Both the position numbers and the translations under genes were made by a program. The notes below the pieces were generated by a model. That model searched no databases and was not told where the DNA came from. It was given only the letters and a program-made list of their open reading frames with translations. This document shows positions 1 through 11,269 of a DNA stretch of 64,000 nt, piece by piece (the stretch's first letter is position 1; each line of letters opens with the position of its first letter). Origin of the DNA: Prorocentrum cordatum (lineage: Eukaryota). The stretch covers positions 558,001-622,000 of the forward strand of contig CAUYUJ010000159.1 of the NCBI GenBank assembly GCA_963575745.1. The letters are read 5' to 3'.

Positions 1-66
1 CGCGCCCCGCAACGAAGGGCCAGGAGGGGTTGAGATCAATTCAGCGGGGGGCGCAGTGCAAGTCAA

Positions 67-104
67 TCCGTCTGGCGTGGAGGCTCAAGCCTTTTCGGTT
101 CCAG
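67..104 (+). other. Two tandem degenerate dinoflagellate spliced-leader relics upstream of the ORF at 147
   Basis: 67-89 TCCGT-ctggcgtgga-GGCTCAAG matches both ends of DinoSL (DCCGTAGCCATTTTGGCTCAAG). The adjacent 90-104 CCTTTTCGGTTCCAG matches the relic form CCATTTTGGCTCAAG at 11/15 positions without gaps. Confidence 0.6.
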
Positions 105-146
105 CTGTGCTTGAGGACGGGCCCCAGGCAGAGGACCCTCGCAGCC

Positions 147-887
147 ATGTTCGGCGCCCTGGGGGCCCCGACCTCCGTCAAGCGCCCGGCAGAGGCTGCC
201 GCGGCGTCGCCGGCCGACGAGGACAGCAGCGATATCCGCAAGTTGAACAAGTTGATGGCGAAGCTTCTTCTACAACACGAAGATCACATCAGGGGAGACA
301 TCCGCGACGAGAACGTGGTGGTGACAGTGACGAGGGACAGCGAGTTCGCACGCAGCCTCGACGGAGCGGTGGACGAGTACGCGTCCAAGGGGAAGGTGGC
401 CCGGGAGCAGGCCAAGGACCAGGGGCAGCAGTACAAGGGCAATCCCTTGGGCAAGAAACCCGATGCTTATCTCCGGTCGCTCATCCACTTCGTGAATGCG
501 TTGTACCAGAAGAACAAGGAGGAGGTACTCGCGGCAGCCGCTCAGGGCCATCGAGCGGAGGAGGCACGCCAGGCCCTCGACGCGCTCGGTCGCTTCGCCC
601 AGGCGGCGAAGAACATGGAGGCGCGCTTCCCAGCCACCAGGTGCTTCCGCATCGAGACCAAGGAGAACGACAAGGAAATTCACAAGTGGATCTTCGCGGC
701 GAACAGCATGCAGGAGCTCATGACCAGCTTCTTCGTGCTACGGGAGAACGGTTGCATGAAGGCGGCCAGCCTCACCCTGGACTACGACCACGCTCCGCGG
801 GCGAAAGTCGCCAAGGAGATCGAGGCGATGGTATTCCGCGGAGGTTCGTCCAGCCAAGGGTCGAGTAAGAAACCCAAGAAGAAGTGA
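147..887 (+). CDS. Intronless 246-aa hypothetical protein with a basic C-terminus (KKPKKK); retrogene or retroelement ORF1-like
   Basis: ATG in GCAGCC-ATG context; third codon positions strongly G/C (AAG, GAG, GAC, TTC); non-repetitive, helical-looking composition; TGA at 885-887. No catalytic motif recognised. Confidence 0.75.
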   Translation: MFGALGAPTSVKRPAEAAAASPADEDSSDIRKLNKLMAKLLLQHEDHIRGDIRDENVVVTVTRDSEFARSLDGAVDEYASKGKVAREQAKDQGQQYKGNPLGKKPDAYLRSLIHFVNALYQKNKEEVLAAAAQGHRAEEARQALDALGRFAQAAKNMEARFPATRCFRIETKENDKEIHKWIFAANSMQELMTSFFVLRENGCMKAASLTLDYDHAPRAKVAKEIEAMVFRGGSSSQGSSKKPKKK

Positions 888-2677
888 GCAGGTAGTTCCA
901 CCACGGAGCAGAGTTGGGGCCATGGCGGCACGGGGGCAAGGGTGGGGAGCCCTTGCCGGTGACGGGGATGCAGCTGACAGCCAGCGCGGAGCTTTTGTTC
1001 GTGCAGTCCTCCCTCCTCCATCTCCCCTCCCCCCGGAGCAAGAATACGTGGTTTCTGTAGTAACGGATGCCGCCAGCAGGGAAAATGACAGATCCTGTCG
1101 TAACGGCGGCCGTGGCTTTGTGAAATGCGGCCGAAGTGTCGCAACGCTGAGCTGTTGCTAAGAATAGGCGGGCTTTGTCGCAACCGATGCCGCAAGCTGC
1201 ACTTGCCGGCACGTAGCGCTCCTCCTCCTCCTCCTCCTCGTCTTCTTCCTTGGCTGTTGCATTCACCGGCGTCGCTCCCAGGCTGGAGTCCATGGTAGTT
1301 TTTTTTCCGGTTCCTGAGCGCAGCCGTGCGCCGCCGCAGGGGTGGCGGTGGCACGTCGCTGCCGACTGCGTCCCTGCAAAGGCGGGACGAGCGGACAGCG
1401 TGCCCACGTTGATGCGTCTGCTTTGCTTTCCTCGCCTTTTCGGGCCTCGGGGTCTCGTCCAAGAGAGACCACGCGCCGCATTTGCGGTTGAAACTTCTGA
1501 ACCGAGCTAGACTTCCGAGCTGATGGGGAGTAGCGATGGCCAAAAGGTACGGCTCTGTGCTTGAGGACCTCCGACGCCGTGGGGGGGTCTTTGTGCTGGC
1601 GTGGTACATGGCCGCGCCGGGCATCCTGTCCGATGAGGCCCAGGGCCGCACATGTCGGCAGAGCCTCCCGCCGCCACCGGTGGCAAACGCCGAGATCGGC
1701 CGCCGACGCCGCCTCGTTCGACGGCCAGAGGGCTGTGCATGTACAGCCTGCTCGGCCTCAGCCGCGACTTCGGCAGCGAGGCGCCGTCTCGAGAGGGAGG
1801 AATGTGTTCCCTCCACACTCCGCTCCCTCATGGCCCGTGCGAGGACCCGCCTCATTCCCTCCGACCTCGCCTCGTTTGCCGCGGCGCCGCTCCCTTCGGC
1901 GCGCGAGGATGTCATCGCCGTCGCCCTCCGCGCTGCGGATCGCGTCCTGCGGGATGCGCCGTCTCGACCCGAAGTTGGTCATCCTCGGCCCGCGGCTGCG
2001 AGAACCTGGATTCCCTCGCCCGCTCGCGGTCTCCTCGAGGTGGGCCCGCTGGGGGCCCTGCTACTGCCTTGGCCCATGCGCGGCGCGCGGCCCATCCTTC
2101 GGACGCGAGACCCTGGATTCGTGGCGCGCTCGGCGGTGCCGACACGCCTGTTGGCCCCTCGGGGGCGGGGGTCGAAGCTGGGGCTGTCGACCCCCTCTGG
2201 GAGGGCCCAGTGTGTCTAGTAAGCATAGACCTGTGGCTCCGAGCGCTGCCGTTTCGTCGCGGGTCCTGGGCGGGGGCCAAGGTGGGCCTGGGTTCGGCGG
2301 AGGGGCGGAGGAGGGCCGCCCCCAGAGGCCAGTGTCCCACGGTACAGTTGGTGCCCCGTCGAAGACCCCTGGGCCCCTGGAGTTGCCAGGTGACCAGGTT
2401 GTGGCCAGCCGTGGCCATGGGTTGGCCACGGAAGGTCCATTCGTGTTTTGTCTCGTTTCCACCCGCCAAGTCCCCAGTTTTGTTGGCCCCGTGCACTGGA
2501 CCCGTCACCTGGGATACCAGTAGAGCGCGCGCAGCGGGCCTGAGGCGCCTCAAGGCTGGTCGACCCCCCCGTACAGGGATCCCCCTTAACGGTGGATTCG
2601 GCAGCGACTAGCGCCGCGCCTGCTTCCCAGGATCCCCAATTGCCGTACGCAGCTGTGGACACCTGCAGGCCCTCGCG

Positions 2678-2903
2678 TCCTCCTCCTCCTCATCCTCCTC
2701 CTCCTCCTTCTCTTCCTCCTTTTCCTCCTTTTCCTCCTCCTCCTCCTCCTCCTCCTCCTCCTCCTCCTCCTCCTCCTCCCCTTCTTCCTCCTCCTCCTCC
2801 TCCTCCTCCTCCTCCTTTTCCTCCTCCCTCCTCTTCCTCCTCTTCCTACCCTTTTCCTCCTCCTCCTCCTCCTCTTCCTCCTCCTCCTCCTCCTCCTCCT
2901 CCT
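2678..2903. repeat. (CCT)n microsatellite
   Basis: Long imperfect CCT run; source of the poly-P/E/R ORFs. Confidence 0.95.
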
Positions 2904-2974
2904 CACCCCTCTCCTCCGCCCACCCTTGCCTCTGCCCCCCGCGCGTCCACCACTTCAGCGTCCCAGTATACAAG

Positions 2975-3583
2975 GCCTCGCGGCCCCACAGGGAGCTCCA
3001 CCGATGGCCCCAAATGCTGTGATCACATGCGTCCGCGATACCCAACACAGCGGTTCGTGGCCCCATAACGGAGCTCCACCGGCGGCCCCAGTGGTTGTGA
3101 TCACATGCGTCCGCGCCACCCAGAACAACGCCTCGTGGCCTCATAGGCAGCTCCACCGACGGCCCCGATGGCTGTGATCACATGTGATCACATGCGCGTG
3201 CGCCACCCAGCACAGCGCGTCGTGGCTCCATTGGTAACTCCACCGAATACCCCAATGGCTGTGATCACATGCGCCCGCGCCACCCAGTACGGTGCGTCGT
3301 AGCCCCACAGGGAGTTCCACCGAAGGCCCTGCTTGCTGTGATCACATGCGCCCGCGACACCCAGTACAGAATTTCGTGCGGGTGTGATCGCATGCGTCCG
3401 CGCCACCGAGTACAGCGTGTCGTGGCCCCATATTGACCTCCACCGAAAGCCGAAGGTTCCAGTGGCTGTGATCACATGCGTCCCGCGCCACCCAACACGG
3501 CGTTTCGTGGCCCTATAAGGAGCTCCACCGAAGGCCCCGGTGGCTGTGATCACATGCGTCAGCGCCATCAGGTACAGCGTATC
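2975..3583. repeat. ~77-bp minisatellite, left part (core GGAGCTCCACCGAAGGCCCC..GGCTGTGATCACATGCG)
   Basis: Units start at about 2982, 3059 and 3137; about 8 copies of TGTGATCACATGCG or close variants. Confidence 0.9.
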
Positions 3584-4780
3584 TAGGAGCCAGAAAAAAC
3601 ACACACACACAAAGGAATTTCACACAAAGGGTTTTGGCACCATCAACGGCGCAACGCATGTGCACCCATGCCACTGGATTTTGGCGATCTCAATCGGGGT
3701 TAATGCACGGCCGTGCTTTAAGATGCAGTTGAAAGGTCTGTTGTGGCAGCGCTGTCGGCGGCGACAAGATCCCAAGCTCTTCTCCCACCAGACATTACAT
3801 GGGGTTGGGCACCGCCAAACCACCATGCAACGTCAGTTTGTTCATCCGTTGACAGCGGCACGCGTCGCGGCAGCAAAACGCAGTAGCGCGCGCAGGCATG
3901 CAGGGCCGGCGATGCGGCCGGCCAGCTGCCAGCGCGATTTAGGCATAAGTGCCGAGATCCACGTGGGATCGTTTTGGGTGCGGTATCTGGCGCAGCTGCA
4001 TCGCACTGCCAGGCGCCGCGGCCTTGCGTTTATAGCGCCAGGTCCCGCGCGCTCCTCGAGGCGGGAAAACAAGCTCTACACAAAGGAATCGCGCGTGCTC
4101 TTGTGGGGCCGGCGAAAACGATCGTACACAAAGGAAATTCCTTTGTGTGCTCACCGCGTTGGCTATGTAACCAGACCGCACACAAAGGAATTACACAAGA
4201 CTTTGTGGCACACAGAAGAATTATAACAACGCCCTGGGGGTTGCGATTATCACGCGCGGTGACAGCTCTGAACTGGGAAGGAAGGGGGGCGGGACAAGGC
4301 AAAGGAGGGTGACAGGAAAAGAAAGAGGAGGGCGAGAAAGAAGCAAAGAAAGCAACGGAAGGAAGCCAGGATGCGGGCAAGCGAAGCTAACACTGCGCGC
4401 CGAGACAGCTGTTCGTTCGTTCGGTTGGCCGTGCGGCATATGAATAGAAAAAGAGCTGTTTGCTGCCTATCGAAGGGACTTATTGGGAAGAAGACTCGCG
4501 CTCTCTCCCCGGACCCCTTTTCCCACACCACGTTGCGAGCGCGCGACGAGATGTTCTGGCACGCGGGCAGAGGACTGCCAGTTGCTGGTCATCGGCCTTT
4601 CCGCCCGTCACGCGTTCCAAACAAATGCGGCCAACTAAACGCACTTGCCACGCAAACCGCCAGCTCCAAGCACCGACGCCAACCCGATCCCCGCATCCGT
4701 GCCAGGTACCCTCTCAACGACGCCCCCTTCCAGCGTAAAACCAATAAAACCCTTTGTGTCTGTGTTTTTTCCTGTTCTGA
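3584..4780. mobile_element. ~1.2-kb non-autonomous TIR element inserted into the 77-bp minisatellite
   Basis: Left end CAGAAAAAACACACACACACAAAGG versus reverse complement of right end CAGGAAAAAACACAGACACAAAGG. GTATC on both flanks (3579-3583, 4781-4785). Removing the insert restores a normal satellite unit. Confidence 0.75.
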
Positions 4781-4985
4781 GTATCGTGGCCCCATATGGA
4801 GCTCCAGCGACGGCCCCAGCGGCTGTGATCACATGCGCCCGCGCCACCCAGTACAACGTTTCGCGGCCTGCCCCATATAGGGAACTCCACAGAAAGCCTT
4901 GGCGGCGGCGTCCAAATACGCCCCCCCACCCGTGCCGGCATACCCTCACACGTCTCGTGGCCCCATATTGAGCTCCACCTCCTTC
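4781..4985. repeat. ~77-bp minisatellite, right part
   Basis: CGTGGCCCCATATGGAGCTCCA..GGCTGTGATCACATGCG resumes in register after the insertion. Confidence 0.8.
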
Positions 4986-5611
4986 GTACCACCTGCCTTG
5001 CGGTATTCACAATTGCCCATGGCTGGGTCCTTCGCCTGGATAATTTCGATGCGCTGCCCCAAAGCTCCTGGCACTCCTTCCCCGGTGGCAGCGATCTGCC
5101 CCGGATCAGCTTCTGGTGGCTCCAGGGCGCAGTACAGTCTGGCTGCTGCTAGAAGAAACGCTGAATAAGGAACGACGCCCCTTCTTGGGACCAGACGAGC
5201 CTGGCTGCACAAGAAGGGCCAGAGCAACAGCCAAGGAGGGACCTCAGGAACATCGAGCCCATTCCGGTCCTAAGCTGTGCCAGGAATCAAGCAATCACAT
5301 CGTCGGAGATCTGAGTCCCTCCCCACGACGCCCAGATCCGACGGGGAGGTCTTGGCGCCGCCCAATCGCCGTGGAAGCCGTGCCCAGCGCACGCGCTGGT
5401 CGAGTAGTCCCAGCGGCCGCCGAGGGCGGCGCCACGCATGGAGCGGCCCGCGAGGGGGGCAGGCTCATGGCGGCTGGAAGGTGCAGCGCACGGGCTCGCC
5501 AGCCTGGCCTCGCCTGAACCATCTTGCCGGCAGCAGCAGCAGCGCAGACGCTGTGCCCGTCTGATGCCGTACAGTAGGGGCTCGACCACGAGAAGCCTTC
5601 CGAAACAAAAA

Positions 5612-5751
5612 CATCCCTGAGACCCAGGACGTCCATCGATTTTTGGTGTGGGAGCGTCACGCTTTCCACAGCGAAACCATCGAAACCCAAGAAACCCGGG
5701 GCATCCTGGAGGCAAGCAGGCTGTTTCTTTGCATAGGCCCCCCCCACTGTA
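5612..5751. repeat. Dispersed ~140-bp repeat (second copy 28375-28511)
   Basis: Both share CCCTGAGACCC..CGTCACGCTTTCCA..CGAAACCCAAGAAACCC.GGGCA.CCTGGAGGCAAGC..CCACTGTA in direct orientation. Confidence 0.8.
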
Positions 5752-6008
5752 GCTCGGCCACGGAGGAGCCGAGGGGGCAGCACTTCTGCGCTGCCCGCCG
5801 CGCCTCAGCACGAGGAAGGCGACCAGCACTGCCGTGGGGCACCGGGCCCACCCGGCACGAGCCCAGCAGAGGAGAGAGGACAGGAGGAGCGCGACCACAG
5901 CCTCGGGAGGCCCGGGAAGGCCAGAAATGCTCAAGGTCTGTCCCAAGATCCCTCCCGGGGCCGTTCCTCGAAGCGGATCCACCCGTGGAGGGGAGACGAA
6001 AAAGGATC

Positions 6009-6091
6009 GCCGCCGACGACGACGACGACGACGACGACGTGGACGACGTGGACGACGTGGACGACGACCACGACGACGACGACGACGACGA

Positions 6092-6138
<47 letters not shown>

Positions 6139-6153
6139 ACGTGGACGAAGATG

Positions 6154-6191
<38 letters not shown>

Positions 6192-6483
6192 CACCGCGGC
6201 GGCGGCGGCGGCGACGGCGGCGACGGCGGCAGCGGCAGCGGCAGCGGCGACATCGACGATGGGGCGCCTCGGTGCCGCCACCGCCGCCTTCGTCGCGGTG
6301 GCCGCTGGTCTCAGCGTTGCGGCGCAGGCGGCGCCCTGGGCGGGCGCCTCGCGGGGGGGGGGGGGAAGGGGAAGGGGCGAAGGCGCTGCGGCGGCACAGC
6401 GGCGGCGGCGCTGTCCGGTGACGAGGACACAGGTGGAGGAGGAGGAGGAGGAGGAGGAGGAGGAGGAGGAGGAGGAGGAGGAG
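6009..6483. repeat. Compound GAC/GACGCC/GGC and GGA microsatellites
   Basis: Directly visible triplet and hexamer runs. Confidence 0.9.
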
Positions 6484-9400
6484 GGGGGAAAGGGCCCAGA
6501 CCCCCTCGCGTTATGAACAACAGCGTCATGAACAACAACACGACGGGCTGTTGCTTTGCTATGTTCGGCTCCTGGGGGCCCTCGTCAGGCCCTGGGGCCA
6601 GATTTGCAAAGAATGGCTCAGGCTGGGAAGCCAGTCCCAGTACATGGGCCGAGACCTCGAGGGGTCCAAGCTGCGAAACAAAAACGCGTGACGTGACGTC
6701 GGGGGTCTGGAGAGGTGGGAGAGATGCAGGGGGAAAGGACGAGGACCTCCTCATCCGCCTCCTTCTCCCGCTCCTCCTCCCTCCTCGCCCCTACCACCTC
6801 CTCATAGATTTCCTCTGACTCCCATCATGTCTCCTCATTCTCTTTGCCCCCTCCCCCCCAACTCATTCCGCCTTCTCCTCCTGCCGTCTCTTTCCTGTCT
6901 CCTATCTCCCCATCCACCTCCACCCCAGCTACTCCTGCCTCCTTCCTCGCTACTCCCTCCCTCGTGAGCCCAGACTATCGAGTGGCAGGAACGACGATGC
7001 TGAGAGCGACGGCAACGACGGACTGACACGCGACGCCGCACGACACCGACGGACGACAACGACAACGACGAACAACGGACGTACGACGGCGACGGACGAC
7101 AAAGGCGACGACGGACAACGGACGCACGACGGCGACCACGACGAAGATGACAACGTGGCAGCGCCAGGCCGGGAGCGGAGGGCGCGCGGGACTCGGGCCT
7201 CTGGCGGCCGGACGTCTTCGAACTGCGAGGCTTCTCCCTCCTCCTCCCCCTCCTCCTCCTCCTCCTCCTCCTCCTCCTCCCGGAAACACGCGCGCGACTC
7301 AGGCATCTGGCGGCCAGGATGTGTTTGAGCTGTGGCCCGCCAGGCCCGCCAGGGAGTGCGGGGCCCTTCCCCCCCGCAGCACGCGGGGGGCACCACTCGC
7401 AGAATCAACTGCTTGGCGCCGCGCCGGGAGGGGGCGGGGTCCATTCTGAGTCCGGCGCTCTTCGCCGCGTGCTCGTGCGCGGCGACGCGCTCGGGACCTC
7501 CCGAGCGAAGCGAACCCCACCTCACCCCTTAGAAATCGTGGTGGTGGGGTTGGGTTCACATGTGACCTCCTATTTCCCCCCTTCCCCGTCAGCCCAGCAT
7601 GCCCAACTCGGGGACCTGCGACCCGGATGAATCCAAACCTGGATCCTTCGGGCTCTGCAGGCTCCCGCAAGATCCGGCACCCAAACCTGGGTCAGTGCGC
7701 CCCTGGCTCTGCAGGTTCCTGCAAGATCCTGCGCCCCGACTGACCCCCGTTTGCATTGACCCTGGTCCCTTGAGGCCCGATTCGGGTCTTAACTCGGGTC
7801 TCCGGCAGCCGCTCGGCGCCATCTGGGCACCCCCGGAACGCTCGCGGCGAGGCGCAGCCTCTGAAGGCATCCCCGAGGCTGGAGAGCCGCCGAGAGCCGA
7901 CGAAAGCGTCCAAAAGCCTCGAACCTCGAAATTCCCTGTCGCTGAGGACGAAGCTAGTCCCGACCAGCCTCCTCCGGCCTTGAGCAGGGACCGACCGTCC
8001 CAGCAGTCCTAGAGGCCTACCACGACATGTTCTCAGAACCCAGAAATGCTCGAAGAACAAGATAATGTTCTTAGAACAGAAACCCGTTGTGCTCAATACA
8101 AAACAGTCTCAGCCAGAAATGCTCCGAGAACCTCTCGCGCAGGCCACAAGAGGTTCTTAGAACACTCTCTGGTGGGCCTACACGGGCAAGCCAGGACGCT
8201 TCGCCGCTGCTCGACTGCCCCACGCCGCGGGGCAGGCCCGGCTCTCGGCCGTGGGGCCTCCCCATAGGGCTAGGTCGGGCGTGTCCTCCGACAGGCGGGT
8301 TTTGGACGAACAAAGAAAAATATATGCTTTTCTTGTTTGTTGCAAAAAACAAGACGGGAAGACCGTCCCGATACTATTTGGTCTTAATATGTTTGACTGC
8401 TCCTCCTGCAGAGGGACAGGCCCGACTCACCCACAGGGCCCGCCACGGGTCGCTCCGAGCCGCCGCCCTCACGCAGGGCCACAGAGCCCACGGCCGGCCT
8501 CGCGGCAGGGCCACCGGGCCCGCGGCGGAAGAGCGGCCGTCCTGCTCCGGGCGCACGCTGGCATCGGTCGAGGTGGACGTCCAGGCTCGGGGGGTCCAAA
8601 GTCGATGCCCCGACTTCGCCGCCCGAGTCCCCTCCGCCCCCGCCTACGCCTCCTTGTTTCCTTCCCCCCCCCCTCCTCCCCCTCCTCCTCCTCCTCCTCC
8701 TCCTCCTCCTCCTCCCCCTCCTCCCCCTCCTCCTCCCAGCCTCATAGCAAGGCCCAGAGCGGCGGAAGAGCGGCCGTCTTGATTCGGGCCCATTCGGGGT
8801 CAAAAGTGGATCCCCCGACCTCCCCCTGGGGAGCGCTCCCGCCAGAACTCTGGAGCGGACTCCGGCCGAGGCCGCCAGGAGGGCCCCTGCGGAGGCCTAG
8901 AGACCAACAGATAATCTCGGATCCTCGAGCCTCGAATCGGCGTCTGAGGAGACGACGGCGATGCCCCCTTCCTGGGCAGAGGCCTCCTGTGTTGGGTCCG
9001 AGTGCTGTCTTATGGAAAAACAGCCGATCGAAGAATTACAGTCGCCAGCCCTCTGGCCAACCCCATGCAGCCAGTCCTTTTAGGCAACAAATTACGAGCC
9101 AAAAGTGAGCCGGCACGCTCAGGCTGAACTTCCCAGCAACAGCGCTGACAACAGAATGATCGCCGAACGCTGGCCGGCACGCCTGAAACGAACTTCGTGG
9201 CAAGATCCTTGGCATTGAGAACAGCTCAAACATGTGAACTGGCACGCTCGGAACGAACTTCCTGCCGGCAGCGCTGACAAACTGATGCGCGATCCCAACG
9301 AGTTGGCACGCTTGGCGTGCGCGTCCTGAAAACAACGCTGGCAGCGTAAACTGCAGTGGAAACAAGCCGGCAAATTCACGAAATTCACGGGAGCGGCACT

Positions 9401-9850
9401 GGGCACTGGAATGACATGGGAGGAAATAGACACGGGCCTTGTAGCGGAACGCCCATCAACAGGAAAACGCTCGCACTGCAGCGCGTGCTGGAAGCGACGC
9501 CCGCACGCTTGGACGGAGCTCCCTGGCATCCTAGCAACACCGCTGGTTGTACGACGATCGCCGAACGCAGTCCGGCAACCTGACGATAATACGAGCGACG
9601 ATAAAAGAGGAGGATGATGAAGAGGAGGAGGAGGAGGAGGAAAACAAAGCCTAGGATTTCGAGGAGAATCAGGACAGAGATTCGGCTCTTTCGCTTCCCA
9701 TGGTTATGCTTCGCATGCACTTCGCGACTGCGCAAGCTTCCCTGCAACGAGAAACCTGGCAAGGCCCCTTGTCGCCAGCATCCGGCCTACCCCCTCTGGC
9801 CAGCCCCGGTCGGGGCAATTCTTTCAATAAGATAAAACAATTCTGCATAA

Positions 9851-9965
9851 GGGGTCGGAAGACCGCGCCGCGCGCACCAGCGCCGTCGGCGTGGAGGAAG
9901 CCGGGCCCCACATCGAGCCGCATCGTCGATGCAGTCGGCGAGGCGGAGCGAGCTTCCGACCCTAT
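9851..9965. mobile_element. Degenerate copy of the GGGGTCGGA MITE
   Basis: GGGGTCGGAAG...CTTCCGACCC ends; internal GCGCCGTCGGCGTGGAG..CCACATCGAGCCGCATCG shared with 10618-10801. Confidence 0.6.
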
Positions 9966-10617
9966 TCGGCAGGCCTGGGGCGTTCACGAGGGGAGTTCGC
10001 AAAGCATGGCCCGAGGCGTGCACGGACGAGGGGGACCAGTGAACGTGCTGAAAGGAGAAGAGGGGGCCATGATACCTTGGGAGATGTCATGGCCCCGGCC
10101 GTGAACCCCTTCCCCAGACATGCGACGTCTTCCCTTCTTCCATACGAGGTCCCCCCGCAATGCCCGACCCTCCTCCCAGGGCCTCTCTTTCCATGCCGAG
10201 CCGTGTCCTCGCGGTCCCAGACGGCCTGGGCAGGGCCCCCGGAGACAGAACACGGCCCAGAGCTCCCCGCCGTGACCCCCGCACGGGCGCGGGGATGACC
10301 CCGGGTGGTCCTCGCCCCGCCCAGGCCGCCCCCGATCAGTGGCGGGGGGGGACGCGCGGCGCCTGGGAAGCGGCGGTGGCCGCCGTCCCGCACCTGTGCG
10401 GCGGCAGCTGGCGGCGCGCACGAGGGGGCAGGGGGAGGAGGGGGGGCGGACGGCTTGTCAGAGGGAGGCTGCTTCTTGGACGGCGCTGGCCCCTCGTCCA
10501 TCGACCAGGCCCGCGCCATCCAAGAAGCAGGGTGCCTCTGAGAAGCCTTTCCCCCCTCCCCCCATACCCCCCTCTGCACGTGGCTGACGAGCAAGCCATA
10601 CTAGAGGCCTCCAGGAT

Positions 10618-10801
10618 GGGGTCGGAGTAGATGGGGTCAGAGGATCGTGCCGCATGGCCGATGCATCGGGGATGCAGTGTCGATGCATTGGCATTGAATC
10701 TGCGCCGTCGGCGTGGAGAGAAAACCTGGCTCCACATCGAGCCGCATCGCCGATGCATTGACGATGCGGCGCGATCCTCCAACCCCATCTACTCCGACCC
10801 C
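10618..10801. mobile_element. 184-bp MITE with ~38-bp terminal inverted repeats
   Basis: Left GGGGTCGGAGTAGATGGGGTCAGAGGATCGTGCCGCAT; reverse complement of right GGGGTCGGAGTAGATGGGGTTGGAGGATCGCGCCGCAT. Confidence 0.85.
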
Positions 10802-11269
10802 TTCTGGGATACCGAGACATACGCCACTCGGCGCGTGGGCAAAAACATGCGTCTAGCAATCCTCGGAGAGGGATCACAAATCCGCGGGCAGCAGGATTAG
10901 AAAGGAGGAAGAGGAGGAAGACTATTGCCATGCATGGTGCTGCGCGTGTTACCTGCCAGTCGTGCTCGCGTCGCGGAGGAATCTCGACTGACGGTTTTTG
11001 GCCGTTTTAGGTCTCTGGGGGCCCTCGCCGGGCCCCAGAGCTGTCAAAAAACGACTCGCGGGACGAAGAGCCGGTCCCGTGGAAGGGGTCGATGCATCCG
11101 CGGTGCACGCATTAAAACTATCCTGGCAAGAGACCCAACCATGTGCAGTTGTGAGTAACGCAGTTGTGGGTATCGACCTCGGTGAACCTCTCTGGGGTCA
11201 CGACGCAACGTGTGACGGGTGTGCCAAAATTGACACAGGTACGCCATGCGGACGCTGCCATCGGAGACG

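Noticed and set aside
1536..2611. Overlapping long GC-rich ORFs downstream of the first gene
   Set aside because: Open in several frames and strands; no RT or endonuclease motifs seen.
3664..3730. GRALTPIEIAKIQ (-) resembles the C5 DNA methyltransferase RxLTxxExxRLQ motif
   Set aside because: Single short motif with no following GF/GN motif and no upstream catalytic motifs.
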